The notes: generated from the sequence alone by a model not told the origin. A DNA stretch of 64,000 bases from Vicugna vicugna (GCA_013265495.1 MU058452.1:124001-188000); one strand, 5' to 3'. Positions 24,601-37,899 are shown, numbered from the stretch's first letter. Numbers and translations are program-made.

Positions 24601-25125
24601 GACTGGCACTTAGTAAAACTCCAAATCTCAGAAAAATCTCCTCTCCTCCCCATCTTCCCTCTTCCTCTCAGACCCTTCCCCATCCTCCCTTTCCCTCCCT
24701 CACTTTACACTTTCAGCCCTCTGTTGGGCTCTGGCCAGATGTTTGGTCCCTTGATGTGCTGTTAAACGGCCAACAGCCTTGATCTAAGCAACCAGACGCT
24801 CCAGAAGCAGCTTCTGGAAAGTGTCCCCATCACCAGACTTCTGACACAGACCAGCTGAAGGGGCGTGGCTGTGCCAGAGAGCAAGACAGCTGACCTGCGT
24901 GGTAGGTCGGCAGCATTCAGCCTGACGCAGGGGAGTATATTGGAGGCTTGTAAGCCATTCCCCATCCGGGAACGAGGCCATGGAGCAGAGCGGGCACGAG
25001 GCAATGGGAGAGCTCCCCATCACTGAAGTGTCTCTTTTCACTTTTAAATGATGCCTTCACTTTTATTTTTAATATCATAGACTCCTTGTGGAAACAAGGG
25101 AAAGACAACTTAAAATTTTAATTCA

Positions 25126-25840
25126 TAAACTTTTATTTTTTTAGAGCGGTTTGAGGTTCACAGAAAAATTAGGAGAAAAGTTCAAGGAATTCTCTTCTCC
25201 TTCTATTCCTCCATGGCTACAACATGTCCCATTATCAACACCCCCCATCAGGAGTGGTACAGCCGTTATGACTGATGAGATTACACTGACATCTCGTCAT
25301 CACCCAAAGTCCACCATTTACGATACAGTTCGCTCTTAGTGTTGCACATTCTGTGGGTTTGGACAAGTGTATAAGGACACATATCCACCACCGCAGTATC
25401 ACACTGAAGAGTTCCACTGCCCTAAAACCCCTCTGTGCTTCTCCTATTCATCCTCCCCTCCTCCTAACCCCTGGCAATCACTGATCTTTTTACTTTCTCC
25501 ATAGTTTTGCTTTTTCTAGCATGTCATATCATTGGAATCATACAGGATGTGTTGCCTTTTCAGACTGGCTTCTTTCACTTAGAAATGTGCATTTGAAATT
25601 CCCCTGTGTCTTTTCATGGCTGGATAGTTCTTTCTTTTTTGGTGCTGAATAATATTCCATTTTCTGAGTGTACCACAGTTTATTTATCCATTCAACCCCC
25701 CTCAAGGACAACTTGGCTCTTTCCAAATTTTGGTGATTGCTGTAAACATTTTGTGTAGGTTTCAGTGTAAACACATTTCTTCAGCTCCTCTGAGTAGATA
25801 TCAAGTAGCACTATTGCTGGGTCACATGATAAGAGTATGT
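25126..25840 (-). mobile_element. L1MC1/2-type LINE 3' end
   Basis: 'ttttagagcggtttgaggttcacagaaaaatt...tcacccaaagtccac...gcacattctgtgggtttggacaagtgtataa...ttccactgccctaaaa'. Confidence 0.85.
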
Positions 25841-26429
25841 CATAGCCTCTGACATCCTTGGCCATCCTTGTCGCCTCTTTAGTTCATGTTCTTATATTAC
25901 AGCCTGGTTTTTGTTTTCCACAACATTGTTGCACCAAATTAATAAAACACTTCTGAGTTAGAAACTACCTCTTTCCAGCAAAAAAGATGGCAATCTTTTG
26001 TTATTTTGTTAAGCAACAGCTATGTGAGATGAGAAGAAATGAGGCCATCGGAAATATTTTAATTCAAGTAAATAGAATTCTTGTGAAGTCGATGTAATAT
26101 GTGATCTCCACGCAAATCCATTGTGATTTGCAAGGTATATAGGCTGGTCTTGGCTGAGTCAGGAATTGTGCTAGTGAGGTCAGATATCAAGTTGTGACGG
26201 GTCAGTGAGCTTGTTGCTTTTGTAACATACTGATGTGTCGTTTCTGAAGTCTATCTAATTGCTGGATTGCAGGCAAAGGTAAACCAATGATTTCTCTTTG
26301 GGGCTAGCCCACTGACCTGGTTGAAGTTTTCTGGCTTCCTTCTGAAAGTGAAGCTTACAAGACTATGTGGAGAAGGGATGTGCACATCCACTCCCATAGT
26401 CCAGGAGACTTCTGGGAGCAATGAGGTTG

Positions 26430-26655
26430 GGTGACAGAATAAACACAGGATTTAAAACCACTGAGATAAAGACTTTGAAGGTCAGTTTTGCTCCAGCCTA
26501 ATTATGATAAGTTGGAAAAATGAACTTTTCTGTATTTAAATGTTCTCTTCAATAAATCGGTTTGATAATTCCTACTCTGCAGGTTCATTGGGAGAATTTA
26601 TCTGAGATCATTAATGTAAAAGGTTTGACATCTTATAAGGATTTAATGTTAGTTA
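26430..26655 (+). mobile_element. MIR SINE, degenerate
   Basis: 'gataattcctactctgcaggttcattgggagaatttatctgagatcattaatgtaaaagg'. Confidence 0.5.
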
Positions 26656-29539
26656 CTTTGGGTGAGATATTGAAATTCACAGAGGACTCCGTGAGTTGAG
26701 CGGGTCAGGCGAAGGTAAGGCAGGCATGTGATAACACATCCCAGGTTTTCACTTCACATTGTCCTTTCATTTTCATGGAACTCGATTTTTCTTCAAAGTC
26801 TTCCTAAATGAAAACAAATACAATTTAAAAAATGACCAATAAAGTGAAATTCTATCCATAGTCAAGCATTTGCTGACCCATCTTTTTTTTCCTTACCCAA
26901 TATATATCAGATACACTGAAAGGAGGCAAAAGTTTTGCAATCTGTTAGCGCAATGAAATGTCAGGGCATCACTGGAGCGACATCATGTCAATTTGAAACA
27001 CACGGACCTAAATAATTATTCATGCTTTAGACCTTTCATTCCATCACTCCAGGTGCTTCCCTAGGTCAAAATCAGATGATGGGTTTGAGACTGACTTCAG
27101 TTCAGTGGACCTTTCTTTTTAAGCTTGATTCAAATTTTCGGTTTTATTTAGTTCATCACTCATTGAAACAATGAAAATGTCACCTCCAAGTATTCTTTTT
27201 GTTTCAAGTTTAACCAATTCCAAGTAAGTGAAGTGTGGGATGGGAAGGGATGAAATGCAACGAACCAGGCTCATGCACTGGCAGATGAAGTCTGGAACAG
27301 AAAAGTCGGTAGTTAACAGAAAGTATGTTTAGTGCCAATTCCTTTTAGAAAGCGCTTACCATAGTGCCATTTTCAAGTCAAAGCTGAATGCATGGCAGTT
27401 GTGGAACATGGTTCCCCGACCCTTCCACTAACTGGCTTTATGGCTTTGGACAATGTACCTCTTGCTTAGGACTGACTTCCTCAGTTTTCCTTTATTCCTG
27501 CCAAATGAAAGGGCTCAAAACCAAATAAATTCCAGGGCCACTTCCTGCTCCAATACTCTGTAGGTTTATGGAACAGTAGAATTTTTAGATAAATATGGTT
27601 TTCAGATTTCATGCTGAGGTTTCCTTTCTTTATACCTTTCTTGTATTTTCTGGAGGCAAAAATGGTAAAAAGGCAGGGACAGATATCAGAAAGGGGGATA
27701 AAATTTTAGAAATACAATGAAAAGGGGCAGACTGGAGACAATATGGAAATGAACAGTGTCCAATGTGATGGGAGTGGGGGCCCGAATGGGGGGAATGATC
27801 AGGGAACCCAAACTGCTGATGGGAGCAAAAGATTCAAAGTTCTTATTTAAATCTTACCCCCACCCCCCACTATAATACTTCTCATCATGAATCATGTTTG
27901 TTTTCTAGTCAAGTTGTGAGACTGTCACCTCCCCTAGAAGATGGCGAATGGCTGGCAATGGCAATTATGTCTTATTTAGGTCTGAATCACAGCTAGCGCA
28001 AAGAAATGGCACCATAAATAAATGGTAGCGTGAAACTGAACTTCTTTGGTGAATGAAAATAAATGCACTTCCCGTTGCTCCATTCTGTGCTGTTGTAGCC
28101 CCTTGTTTTGGGAATAGCTTCCTTATCCATCAGTGGGTTTCCTCCTCCAGCTTCGGGGCCAGTGAAGATGGTGGCAGAAGGGGCTCCGAGTCACAGGGTT
28201 TCAGGACCTTCTTCGTCCATCCCTCTCTGCTTGTCACAGGTGGTCCCCCACTCATTTTCCTCCTCTCTCAGCCTTCTGAGGACCAGCCTAGTAGACATCA
28301 GTTTTCTATTGCTGTGCTTCCAAACGCCTACACAAATAATCCAATAGGGAATTTCTTCAGCTGCCTCCAAAAACAAATACCCTCATCTCCAGAGTTCGAA
28401 TTAAGACTGTAACACTTTTTTTTCCAGTTGGTATAGAGCTGCAGCAGCTGGAGGTAAGGCCATCAGATAAAACCCAAGTTGATCTCTGTGGTTTGGAAAT
28501 AAGGATCTGCCACTCCTTTCAGACGCCCTGGGACTCGGACTCACGTTTTGTCTTCGGTGATCTGGAGCATAATGGGGTTGATACCTGTTGTATTACCCTA
28601 GAGATTTCTGTCACTTGGCTGGTTAAAAAGGAAGGCGTGAAGGGTGGTGGGAGGGAGGAAGCTGTACTTGATCCTTATGGAAGCCAGTTAAAATTAATTG
28701 GAAAAAGCTTTTAAAGACCTAAGATGCAGACCAAATGTATCGCCAACCGCGGCCTCATCCCGCACGGAACACGAAGGTCACCACGAAGCTGCAGATTTAT
28801 GCGGAAGGGTTGGGTGATGGAAAATGAGACAAAAGCATTTGGATTTTATTATTCCATTTACTCTGACCCTGGGCCATAAAGGGTTTGGAGAGCCTGTTTT
28901 ATGTATTCAGCTGGTTGCCACACTGACAGGCATTTGGAGCCACTTAAATAAACCACCCTGGTCCCACAGCTGCAACAACACTGTATCAAATATAGGTTAG
29001 GCTTAAAATGTGAAGCCTGCAACACAGCGTCTCCAGCAGGTGCACGGGGAGGATTTTTCTTTTTCTTTCTTTTTTTTTCTCTTTTTTTTTTTTAGCCCCT
29101 TGTTTTGAGAATAGCTTCCTTCTCCATCAACTGATTCTGATTTGAAGTTGACTTGGATATTGAAACGGATTTGATCTTTGCATAACGGGTGTCCACATTT
29201 GAGGGCTGACCAATGCTTTCCACTCAGTTTGAGTTGGGTTTCAGAGAGGTTGCTTAGTGGCAGAAAGCTGGTGAGATTTATTTTTTTCCCTGATTTCTCT
29301 ATCTCTTTGATTTTTCAAAAAGTTGTCTTTTTTTTTTTTTTAAAGTTTACTAGATCCTTTGAATCCGGTTGGTTGTGAAAAGTCCTGGTATGACTGAGAA
29401 GGAGACAAAGGGAAGAATTCAACATGGACGACGGTGAAATTGAATCCGCAAGTGTGCCTTTGTAATAGACAAAACATATGTCCTGGGTTTTTTGTTTAGC
29501 TGTGGGCACATATGAACTCAACAGAGCAGAGAGAGAAAC

Positions 29540-29720
29540 CTGGAATAATAACAACTCCATCCATGCAGATAATGCCTTACAGGTTTCAGTCTGTTTCCCA
29601 TGTGAATTGCATCCTAGAGCAGGATCTTGTTTCCATTTTACAGACGGGAGAACTGAGGCTACGAAGGGTTAAATGACTTGTCCAGGCGTGCCTGGACTCG
29701 AAAGGAGTGCGCTTTCAGCT
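29540..29720 (-). mobile_element. MIR SINE
   Basis: 'ccattttacagacgggagaactgaggctacgaagggttaaatgacttgtccagg'. Confidence 0.75.
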
Positions 29721-30903
29721 GCAGGGCATTGCTCACATACACCCTTCTGTTTGCAACAATGTCTCTGCTGGCTGCGCAGGGAGAGATGCAATTACCAAAA
29801 GGAATCCAGGTGCTCTGATCCTGGAAACCAGAGACACCCAAATGCGAGGGGTGCCCCCGAGGGCTTGAGGCTTAAAATGCCCTTCCACCTTGAGAGCGTC
29901 CTCTTTCAGAACCCCAAAGAGAGCGTGGACAGGCTAATTGAGGATATCTGTTTTATTTCATTCTGTTCCTCTTGGGTCTGTTCTCCATAGAAAAGCCATC
30001 AGGACTTTGAACTATTAATCACTTGTCACCAAGACTGATTTTACCACTCTTTTTCCTCACCCCCTCCACCCCAGACGCTCACCCAGAAAACACCCTGAGA
30101 GTTCTCCAATTGTATTTCCATTCTTTGATGTTTCTTCCCGTGTCTGAAAATCAGGGGAATTACCAACAGAAACCTCATGATTGTTAAAGTTACAGTATGT
30201 TTTATTTCAGATTTTGTGAGTGAGTGTTAAAATATAAGTAAATCTCAGCTGGGCTTCCAAACATTGCTTACTGCGAAAAGACTTGAATATCTACACAAAA
30301 ATAAGGGGGTCAGTTACCGTATTTTATATTTTAAAGTAAGTTTTAAAAATTTTGGTACCAAAGGCATATCCTCACATTTGTTTTCCATTTTAATATGAAA
30401 ACATACATCTGAATAAAATATCAATAACATTGTACTCTTTAGGGTATGATATTAAACCGAGAACATTTTCAGCTGTATTTTTTATTGCTTTTTCTTTTCT
30501 CCTGTTCATTTTGTGAAGGTGACAACAGGGCTCTTCTGAACTTTCCAGGTAAAAATGGTAGCGTTGCAAATTTTGCTGCTTTAGAATTTCTTTGATTCAA
30601 CACTGGCTTGCCACATTCGTGGCAAGCTTGCCAGAGATCATATATGGACTGATTTTCTGGGGAATCTTTCTGAGACACACTTACCCTCCCATCTTTTCCT
30701 GAATCACCTCTTGGCCGATTTAAATACAGCCTACTCCATTCCTGATACTCAGATATATCAGATGAATGTTTTTGCAGCCTCGGGTTGGAAATTTATCAGA
30801 CCCTGACAAACCTGTGGTCCAGTGGTGGAATGGAATTATGACTCTATGTGCTGAATTCCATGTGAAGAGTTGAAAATTAAATTATTAGGCTGCTCATCAG
30901 GTT

Positions 30904-31014
30904 GGTTGGTTGGTTTATTTATATTGAAGTACTGTCAGTTACCACGTGTCAGTTTCCGGTGTGCAGCACAATGTCCCAGTCATACACATACACACATACA
31001 CTCATTTTCATATT
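30904..31014 (-). mobile_element. ~100-bp L1 3' tail (camelid-type) with TSD
   Basis: 'tattgaagtactgtcagttaccacgtgtcagtttccggtgtgcagcacaatgtcccagtcatac'. Flanking repeats ct(c/g)atcaggtt at 30893-30903 and 31015-31025. Confidence 0.75.
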
Positions 31015-33211
31015 CTGATCAGGTTTTTAATATTTGTTTCAAACTCAGCAATTAGGAGAATGTATGGCTTCAACAACAAAATGTTAGATGATCTTTGGTG
31101 GAACCAAATCTTAGGCCAGTTTTCAGTCTAGAGAATGATAGTCCTGGATATTCCCCCGGCCCTCTTTCTGCCCACGTTTCTCCCCTCCTGTGGCCCCTTT
31201 CCTGCCCGTCAGCCTCTGAGGCGTACAAAGCCCCCTGTCGCTATGTCTTACTTGGGCCCCCTCTCTTCTGAAATACTTGCCCCCAAATTAACACCCTCTC
31301 CCCTACTCCTAATTATAACTTTCTTTTTTTTAGGGCTGTGAATCCCACTTGGCTCCTCTGTAGAGAGGTTCATGCTGATGGCATGAAAGTTGTTCATCCC
31401 CGAATGAGAAGAAATAGTGAACTGGTCTTAGGGCAAATAAGGAAGACCTTGTGGTTAAAACGATCATCAGTGACTATCTTTGCCCACACTGGACTCCAAC
31501 CGGCAGAGTATCTGATGTCATATTTTTGACTGGGGAAGGTTTCGAAAAGCGTCTTCTGGAGGGCAGCCACTCCCCTCTTTCCTTCCTCCCAATTCCAGTC
31601 CTTTAGATGAAGACGGGTCAGTCACTGGGTGTTCCTCTTTTGAACAGTCTCAGACCTCTGCTCTAACTTATGCTAAAAGAGATTTCGTGAGATTTTCACT
31701 GGATGGGACCAGGTATTAAGTTAGAACTGGCTGACTGCTTGGGTATGATATAGTGATGTCCTATATCCTTGTTCATATTATTTTCAATAATGTACTTTTT
31801 TTTTTTTTTTGGAGGGCACAGTCACTCAGAAGAGAGTTACGGAGTAGCTGTGGATTCCATTAGACTGTCTTCTGAGTGCGTGGGTGCATCATCCAACCGT
31901 GGACGGAGATCTGTGATCAGGGTCTCAAAAAAAACAGGGTGGAAATGTCGCCTCTTATCCCAATTTCTGCAAATTCCAAAACTCTTTTTCTGACGTCGTT
32001 GGCTGTGCTGCCCGGCTGATTAAAAAGCCGCATGAGCCCGGGAGTGTTTTCAAATGCACGTATCGTATAATAAAAAGCTAATGGTGATTCTTGATGACTT
32101 TTGTGGAAATTGGGGCACCTGCGCTTTAATTGACATTTCCCTCCCTGAAGCACGGCTTCAGCCCACTTGCAGCGGAGTGGAAAGTCGCCGGGCTCGTGTT
32201 GAACTTCTCCAGCTATCAGCTGGTATTCATTTGTGGTGGCACAAGGTGGCTTAACTTCAGCTGCGATTCTGAAACTTGGAGGGAAAGTCGGCCGAACAAG
32301 CTGGGGATTTCATACTGTCTCCAGTGAGAAATGCTCTGAGCTTCGTACACAGCTTCCCTCACCCTGAATTTTGGCATTGCTAGGAAATGTTACCTAAAGA
32401 GAGACCAAAAAACAAACAAACAAAAATTGACTCTACATTTCAACTCTGGCAAATATCTGTTACAGTGGTAAAAGCTACATGGAAACAGCTGCACAAATTG
32501 CTACCATGTGAACGGAATTCTTGGTTGGGTTAGCACCTTCCTCGCAGACAAAGGGAGACCCCCAAAATGTGCACACGTCAAGCAAAAAGCGAATTTACAG
32601 TTTTCTTAGAGGGAAAAGCCTTCATATAATTTGGAACCACCGGTCTGCTTGAGTAATGCTCTTCTGTGTAAGTGGAAATCCTTTTTGCTATTTACACTGC
32701 TGATTTCTTTAATCTCCACTTTGGAATTAATAGACAATAACATCGGATTGCTTCCTTGGCTGCCCCAGCACTTGTACATATTTACCCAAGTGTCTAGAGT
32801 CGGGATTGTACACAGATCTCTAATCCACCTGCCTGTGTTAGTTAAAAACCCAGATAAAATCAGCAGCCCTTAGATCTTAACCTTTTAAGTCTGAAATGTT
32901 TTTAAAAGTCTGGTCATGGCAACTGAAGCCTGGGGGGTGGAGGGGGCGGAGGAGAGGGAAACAGTGGGGGGATTGGAATATAAAAATGTTCTCAGCTTGA
33001 ACCTTGTTGCATTCAAATAAACCCAGAGTGTTATAACAAGAGTGACAATAGCCGTAAAGACTGGCAAGGTGAACTTCAGTAGATAGAGAGACGCACCCTT
33101 ATGATGCAATGTCTTGGGACTGACTACTTGGCTGTTTATCCAAACAACTTGAGCTTACTTTCAACTTTCTCTGTGTGTGCACGCTGGGGAATGGGTGGTG
33201 GGAACAAAGTC

Positions 33212-33398
33212 CAAAGTATTTTCTAAATCCAGATATCCTAATAGCAAATACTGAATACACTAAAGTTACTAAAAATATAACCTTCTTTTTCTGAATTTAA
33301 GTCTCAAAATATTTTCTAGATCCAGATGCCCTGATGACAAATACTGAAGGCAGCAAAAATACTAAAAATCTGAGCTCCTTGTTTTAGCATTGAAATCT
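33212..33398 (+). repeat. Degenerate tandem duplication, period 93 bp
   Basis: 'caaagtattttctaaatccagatatcctaatagcaaatactgaa...tactaaaaat' (33212) versus 'caaaatattttctagatccagatgccctgatgacaaatactgaa...tactaaaaat' (33305). Confidence 0.85.
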
Positions 33399-34399
33399 CT
33401 GGAGCAATCATTGACCACAATTATATGCTATATTTCCCCAAACTTAATCTCTAGATCCGAAAGAACAGCCTAAAACCAAACCAGAGAGAGACTTTAAGCT
33501 TTTATTGAACACAACTCATGTGCTAGTAAATCGACTCTTTTAAACTCAGTGCTTTCTTATCCTCCCTGGACTACCCCATCCTTCTAAATGAATTACATGG
33601 TGGTTGATATTGTTTCCAAATTGGGAGGTTGCTTTTTTATATCATTTACTTTACAGTCCTTAAGTAGAGGAAATAAAAGAAATCAAATTCAGCAAGAACA
33701 GGATTGGAACGTCTTGATACATCTCTTACGATAGATTAATAAAGTGAAATTTCTTCGTGTGTTCAAACCAGAGATCCAAAGCAAAACTGGCACGTTTTTT
33801 GGTTGCTGTTGTTAAGAAGACAATCAAAAGACTGTTTTCTGTAACCGTTAAGCATGTTTAGCTAGTGGATGCTGTCAGCCTAGCATGCTCCGCTTGCAGA
33901 GTTCTCCACCAGGGACTCTGCGCTCCGCCTGTTGCTGGGTTTACGCCTCTAGGGCGGTGATGTAAAGGCTCCTGTTTCCATTCATCCTGGCCTCTCCGTC
34001 TCTCCTCGAGGCAGGCATTGCATTTTCTTTATGTTCGCGTCCTTGGCGTAGAGTGGATGCTTCATACACATTTACCAACTAACTGCTTGAAATACTTAAG
34101 AGTATAAAGTTTTGGTTAAAATGATCCCCCCTAATCCCACTCCAACTCCAAGTTTAGTTTTTGTTTGTGTGTGGTTTTATTTATTTATTTATCGGTCTTT
34201 TTTGGTTTTTGAGTCAGCTCCTCTGCTGTTCCTTGGTGACACGGGGCAGTGGGGTTGATCCTCCAGGGTCTTCCACGGGGAGGTGAGCAGAAACAGTCAT
34301 TCTGTCAAGAATGCGTTTGGTCCTGGATGGTTGTGCACTTAGCACCGAATCCTCCAATCCCCCCCCCCCCGGTGCCAGCCGCAAAGGTGAGTTGAACAT

Positions 34400-34630
34400 C
34401 CAAGCCGTATGTCTACTTGCAAGCAGCCGCTCTCTGCCAGGCACTGTATCCATAGCTTTGAGTACATTATCTCATTTACTCTTTCACCCCCTCCAAGATC
34501 ATATTCGTATTATCGCCATTCTACAGTGACACCGAGACTCAGTGGTGGTAAGAATGCACCTAAGCTTTTGCAGCCCTTGAGTGACGGAGCACCGATTCCA
34601 TCCAGACCGCATGCCACGGCTCACAGTAAA
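34400..34630 (-). mobile_element. MIR SINE
   Basis: 'tgccaggcactgtatccatagctttgagtacattatctcatttactc...cattctacag'. Confidence 0.65.
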
Positions 34631-34704
34631 AATTGTCTCGTTCCTGCTCTTTGCTACTTCGCTCCTACAGTGTCAGTCTTCTGAAGTGTGTACCGCTGTT
34701 CCGT

Positions 34705-35565
34705 CAAAATGCATTAACCCAACAACGGAAAGGTAAACAACTCATTTTAAGAAATGAACAAAGGGCTTCTTAAAAAAAAACACTGTTCCAAAAAAAGCTA
34801 TGCAAATGGCCAAAAAGCACATGGAAAGATGTTCAATGTTATTAGTCATTAGGGAAAGGCAGATCATAATCATGGGGAGGTACCATTTCATACCTACTAG
34901 GATGTGTATTAAAAAATGGAAAATAACAAGTGTCGACACGAGTGGAGAGAAATGGGAACCCTCATTACCTTGCTGGTGGAAACGTAAACTTGTGCAGCCA
35001 CAGTGGAAAGCAGTTTGCTGGCTCCTTAGAGAGTTAGATACAGAATTACTATATGATGCAGCAATCTCACTCCTTGGTACCTACATCCCCAGATTGAAAA
35101 CATATGTTCAAATGAAAACTGGTCCACAAATGTTCGTCGTAGCATTATTCCTAATAGTCAAGAAGTGGAAACAATCCATGCGTCCATCAACTGATGAATG
35201 GGAAGATAAAATAATGATACAGCCACTCAATGGAATATTACTTAGCCATATAAAAGAATGCAACACTGTTACATGCTATACTATAGATGAACCTTGAAGA
35301 CAAGATTCTGAATGAAAGAAGCCAGACACAAAAAGAAACATTGTGTGAGTCCTTCTATACAAAGTGTACAGAATAGGTTGTCTTCACAGAGACAGAAAGC
35401 AGATGAGTGATCACCAGGGCCTGGGGGAAGGAGAAATGGGAACGATTGCTTCCTGGGTGTGGGGTTTCTCCTGCACAACGTTGTCAACTAAAAGCCACTG
35501 AGCTAAATACTTTTAAATGGTTACAATGGTGAATTTAATGTTTTGCGAACTTTCCCACCGTAAAG
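34705..35565 (+). mobile_element. L1MB-type LINE 3' part (decayed ORF2 C-terminus plus 3' UTR)
   Basis: ORF 34800-35297 (QMAKKHMERCSMLLVIRERQI...RYHFIPTRM...YDAAISLLG) matches the L1 ORF2p C-terminal region. A typical 3' UTR follows. Confidence 0.9.
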
Positions 35566-37430
35566 AATGCTTTGCACATGTGATTCATGTCCAAAAGCTC
35601 AGCTTCAGTGCCCTTAACTCACTCCCTTCCTGATGTGGATACCTTTCAAGGGAGTTCCCACAGATGGGGAGACTTGCCTGGCAGCCTCCCTGTTCAGGTC
35701 TTCGATGAGCAGCTCGGCTGATTTGGTGAAGTGAGCTGAGGTGGGCACCCTGGGGAGAGTCCAGAGGTGGGATTCCAGTCAAAGTGCCCAGCAATTTCTG
35801 CTCTGAGTTGAGGAAGGCCTGGAAATCTGGATCCACATTTTCAGGCATGTGTGGTTGGCAGAAACATAGCTGAACGATTCTGCTTCGGGTCCTGGAAAAA
35901 GCTGTAAGGTGGGGAAAGGGTGCTGGATGAACTGGGCTCATGAACTGCCTAGAAGAACAAGGACCTGAAGTCCCTACACAGAGTCTTCTTTGTCACCCGG
36001 ACTCTAATCCAGTCCCTTAGAATTCTATGGACCAGGACATTGGATGCGAGAAAAAAGGTGGTTTTGCATCTGAGACTTAGGGTTACTATTAAAATGACTC
36101 GTGAGACACAAAGGGTGTCCTACGCGCTTACAAAAGTGCTTAGGGATGTTAATACATCTGCCACATATCTAGGTAAGTGTTATAGTGCCATTTCGTTGGG
36201 GAAAGTAAACCCAATGAATGTGGAAAAAAATATCCCTTTGACTGTGTGAGTGCATCTTTCTTACTCTCTTCTTCTGACTTTCTCTCTCAATCCAGGCCCA
36301 ACAAGGGTCCCCATAGACACAGAATAAAGCCGTATTGTTTGGCGGGGGATTTAATTTCACTCCATCACAAGCGGCCATCGCAGCCCTGTCATTGCAATTT
36401 GTCACACTTTTTTGTGTGCTCTATCTTTCTGAAGTTCCATCTCCTCTGTAGTCCACTGCATAATCTCCTTCTCTGGGACAAAACTCCCCGACATAATGAA
36501 AGAGGTGAAATGGGGAATGGAAAGTCAATGGACACAGTTATCAATTTGGGCCCTACTCCCCCTGACTCCTGCGACTCTGCCCCCACGGCCAGAGAGGCGC
36601 TAACAGGACCTGCTGGGTAGGGGAAAAAGGCACCACCACAGAGTTTGCCGAGGCCAAAGGAAGAGCTGGTGGCTGCCGTGCGACGTGATCCAGAGCCCTC
36701 CTGAAGAGACCACCACACGGAGGCATGCCAGGGGCCCCCCCATCTGCAGGCTGGGACTCAGTACTTGGTGGTTTGTCAAGATGTAGCTGATAACGCAGAG
36801 CTGCCTTTAAATTCATTCAGAAAGGAAAAGTCCGGAAGGGCATCCCAGCCAGCAATGAATCCTTTTCCCAACCCTTGGTTGGACTCCATATACAGGTCTT
36901 ACAGCTGTAACTATAAACCCGGATGTATCTGGAGACAAATTCTGGTTGGCGGATATATCTCAATCAAACCAAAATCCTCTCTCACTTGCAGACACTCAAG
37001 CTCCAATCTTTAATGGAATGTTTTGGATAGAATCTCTTTAGCAGTGCCTCCCTGTCCGTGGAATGGGGTTTATTTTAAGCATTGACAGGCTATCCCATGG
37101 GACTTTTTTTCCTCTTCATTTCTTGCTACCATGATCAAAGTGGGATTTCCATTTTTGTTGCCATTCTAGACGTTCCCAAAGGGTCACCATTGAGGGGCTT
37201 AGTGAGTTTTCTAATTTCTTTTTTAAGGATATGAATTTCCCCACATTCCAAGCCATTTGTACCAAGAAGCCTGCCTTTCACAACCATAGAGAAGAAGGCT
37301 GATGTTGCAAGTATTCACACACTTCCATATCAATCACCAAGTTTGTGCTCACGAGCATAATTGGAGTTACTGTAAGTGCATGAGTCCTGATTCACCTGTG
37401 AGTCTACCAGGCAATTCAGAGTCATTCTAC

Positions 37431-37792
37431 TTTATTTATGTTTTGAAGTATAGTCAGTTTACAATGTGTCAGTTTCTGGTGTGCAGCACAATGTTTTAGT
37501 CACACGTATACATACATATATTCCTTTTCGTATTCCTTTTCATTACTGGTTACTACAAGATATTGAATATAGTTCTCTGTGCTATAAGAAGAAATGTGTT
37601 TTTTTTTAATCTATTTTATATATAATAGTTAGTGTTTGAACATCTCAAACTCCCAGTTTATCCCTTCCCACCTCCTTTCCCCCAGATAACCATAAGTTTG
37701 TTTACTATGTTAGTCTGTTTCTGTTTTGTAGATAAATTCATTAGTGTCTTCTTTCTTCTTTCTTTTTTTTTTTTTTTGAGATTCCATATATT
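37431..37792 (-). mobile_element. Truncated camelid-type L1 3' UTR
   Basis: 'ttgaagtatagtcagtttacaatgtgtcagtttctggtgtgcagcac...tactacaagatattgaatatagtt...gattccatata'. Confidence 0.85.
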
Positions 37793-37899
37793 TTTTAATG
37801 TAACCAGTAGATCAATTAAAACAGCAAGGAAACTTCTGTGTCCTGGAAAGAAAGAAACCATTTGTTTTCTTCCTAATAATTTTTACCAACAGACAAGGT

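Noticed and set aside
34800..35297. 165-aa ORF with real protein similarity
   Set aside because: It is a decayed L1 ORF2p C-terminus inside a truncated LINE, not a host gene.
36131..36150. aaagtgctt resembling a miR-17-family seed
   Set aside because: The rest of the mature sequence does not match and there is no precursor hairpin.
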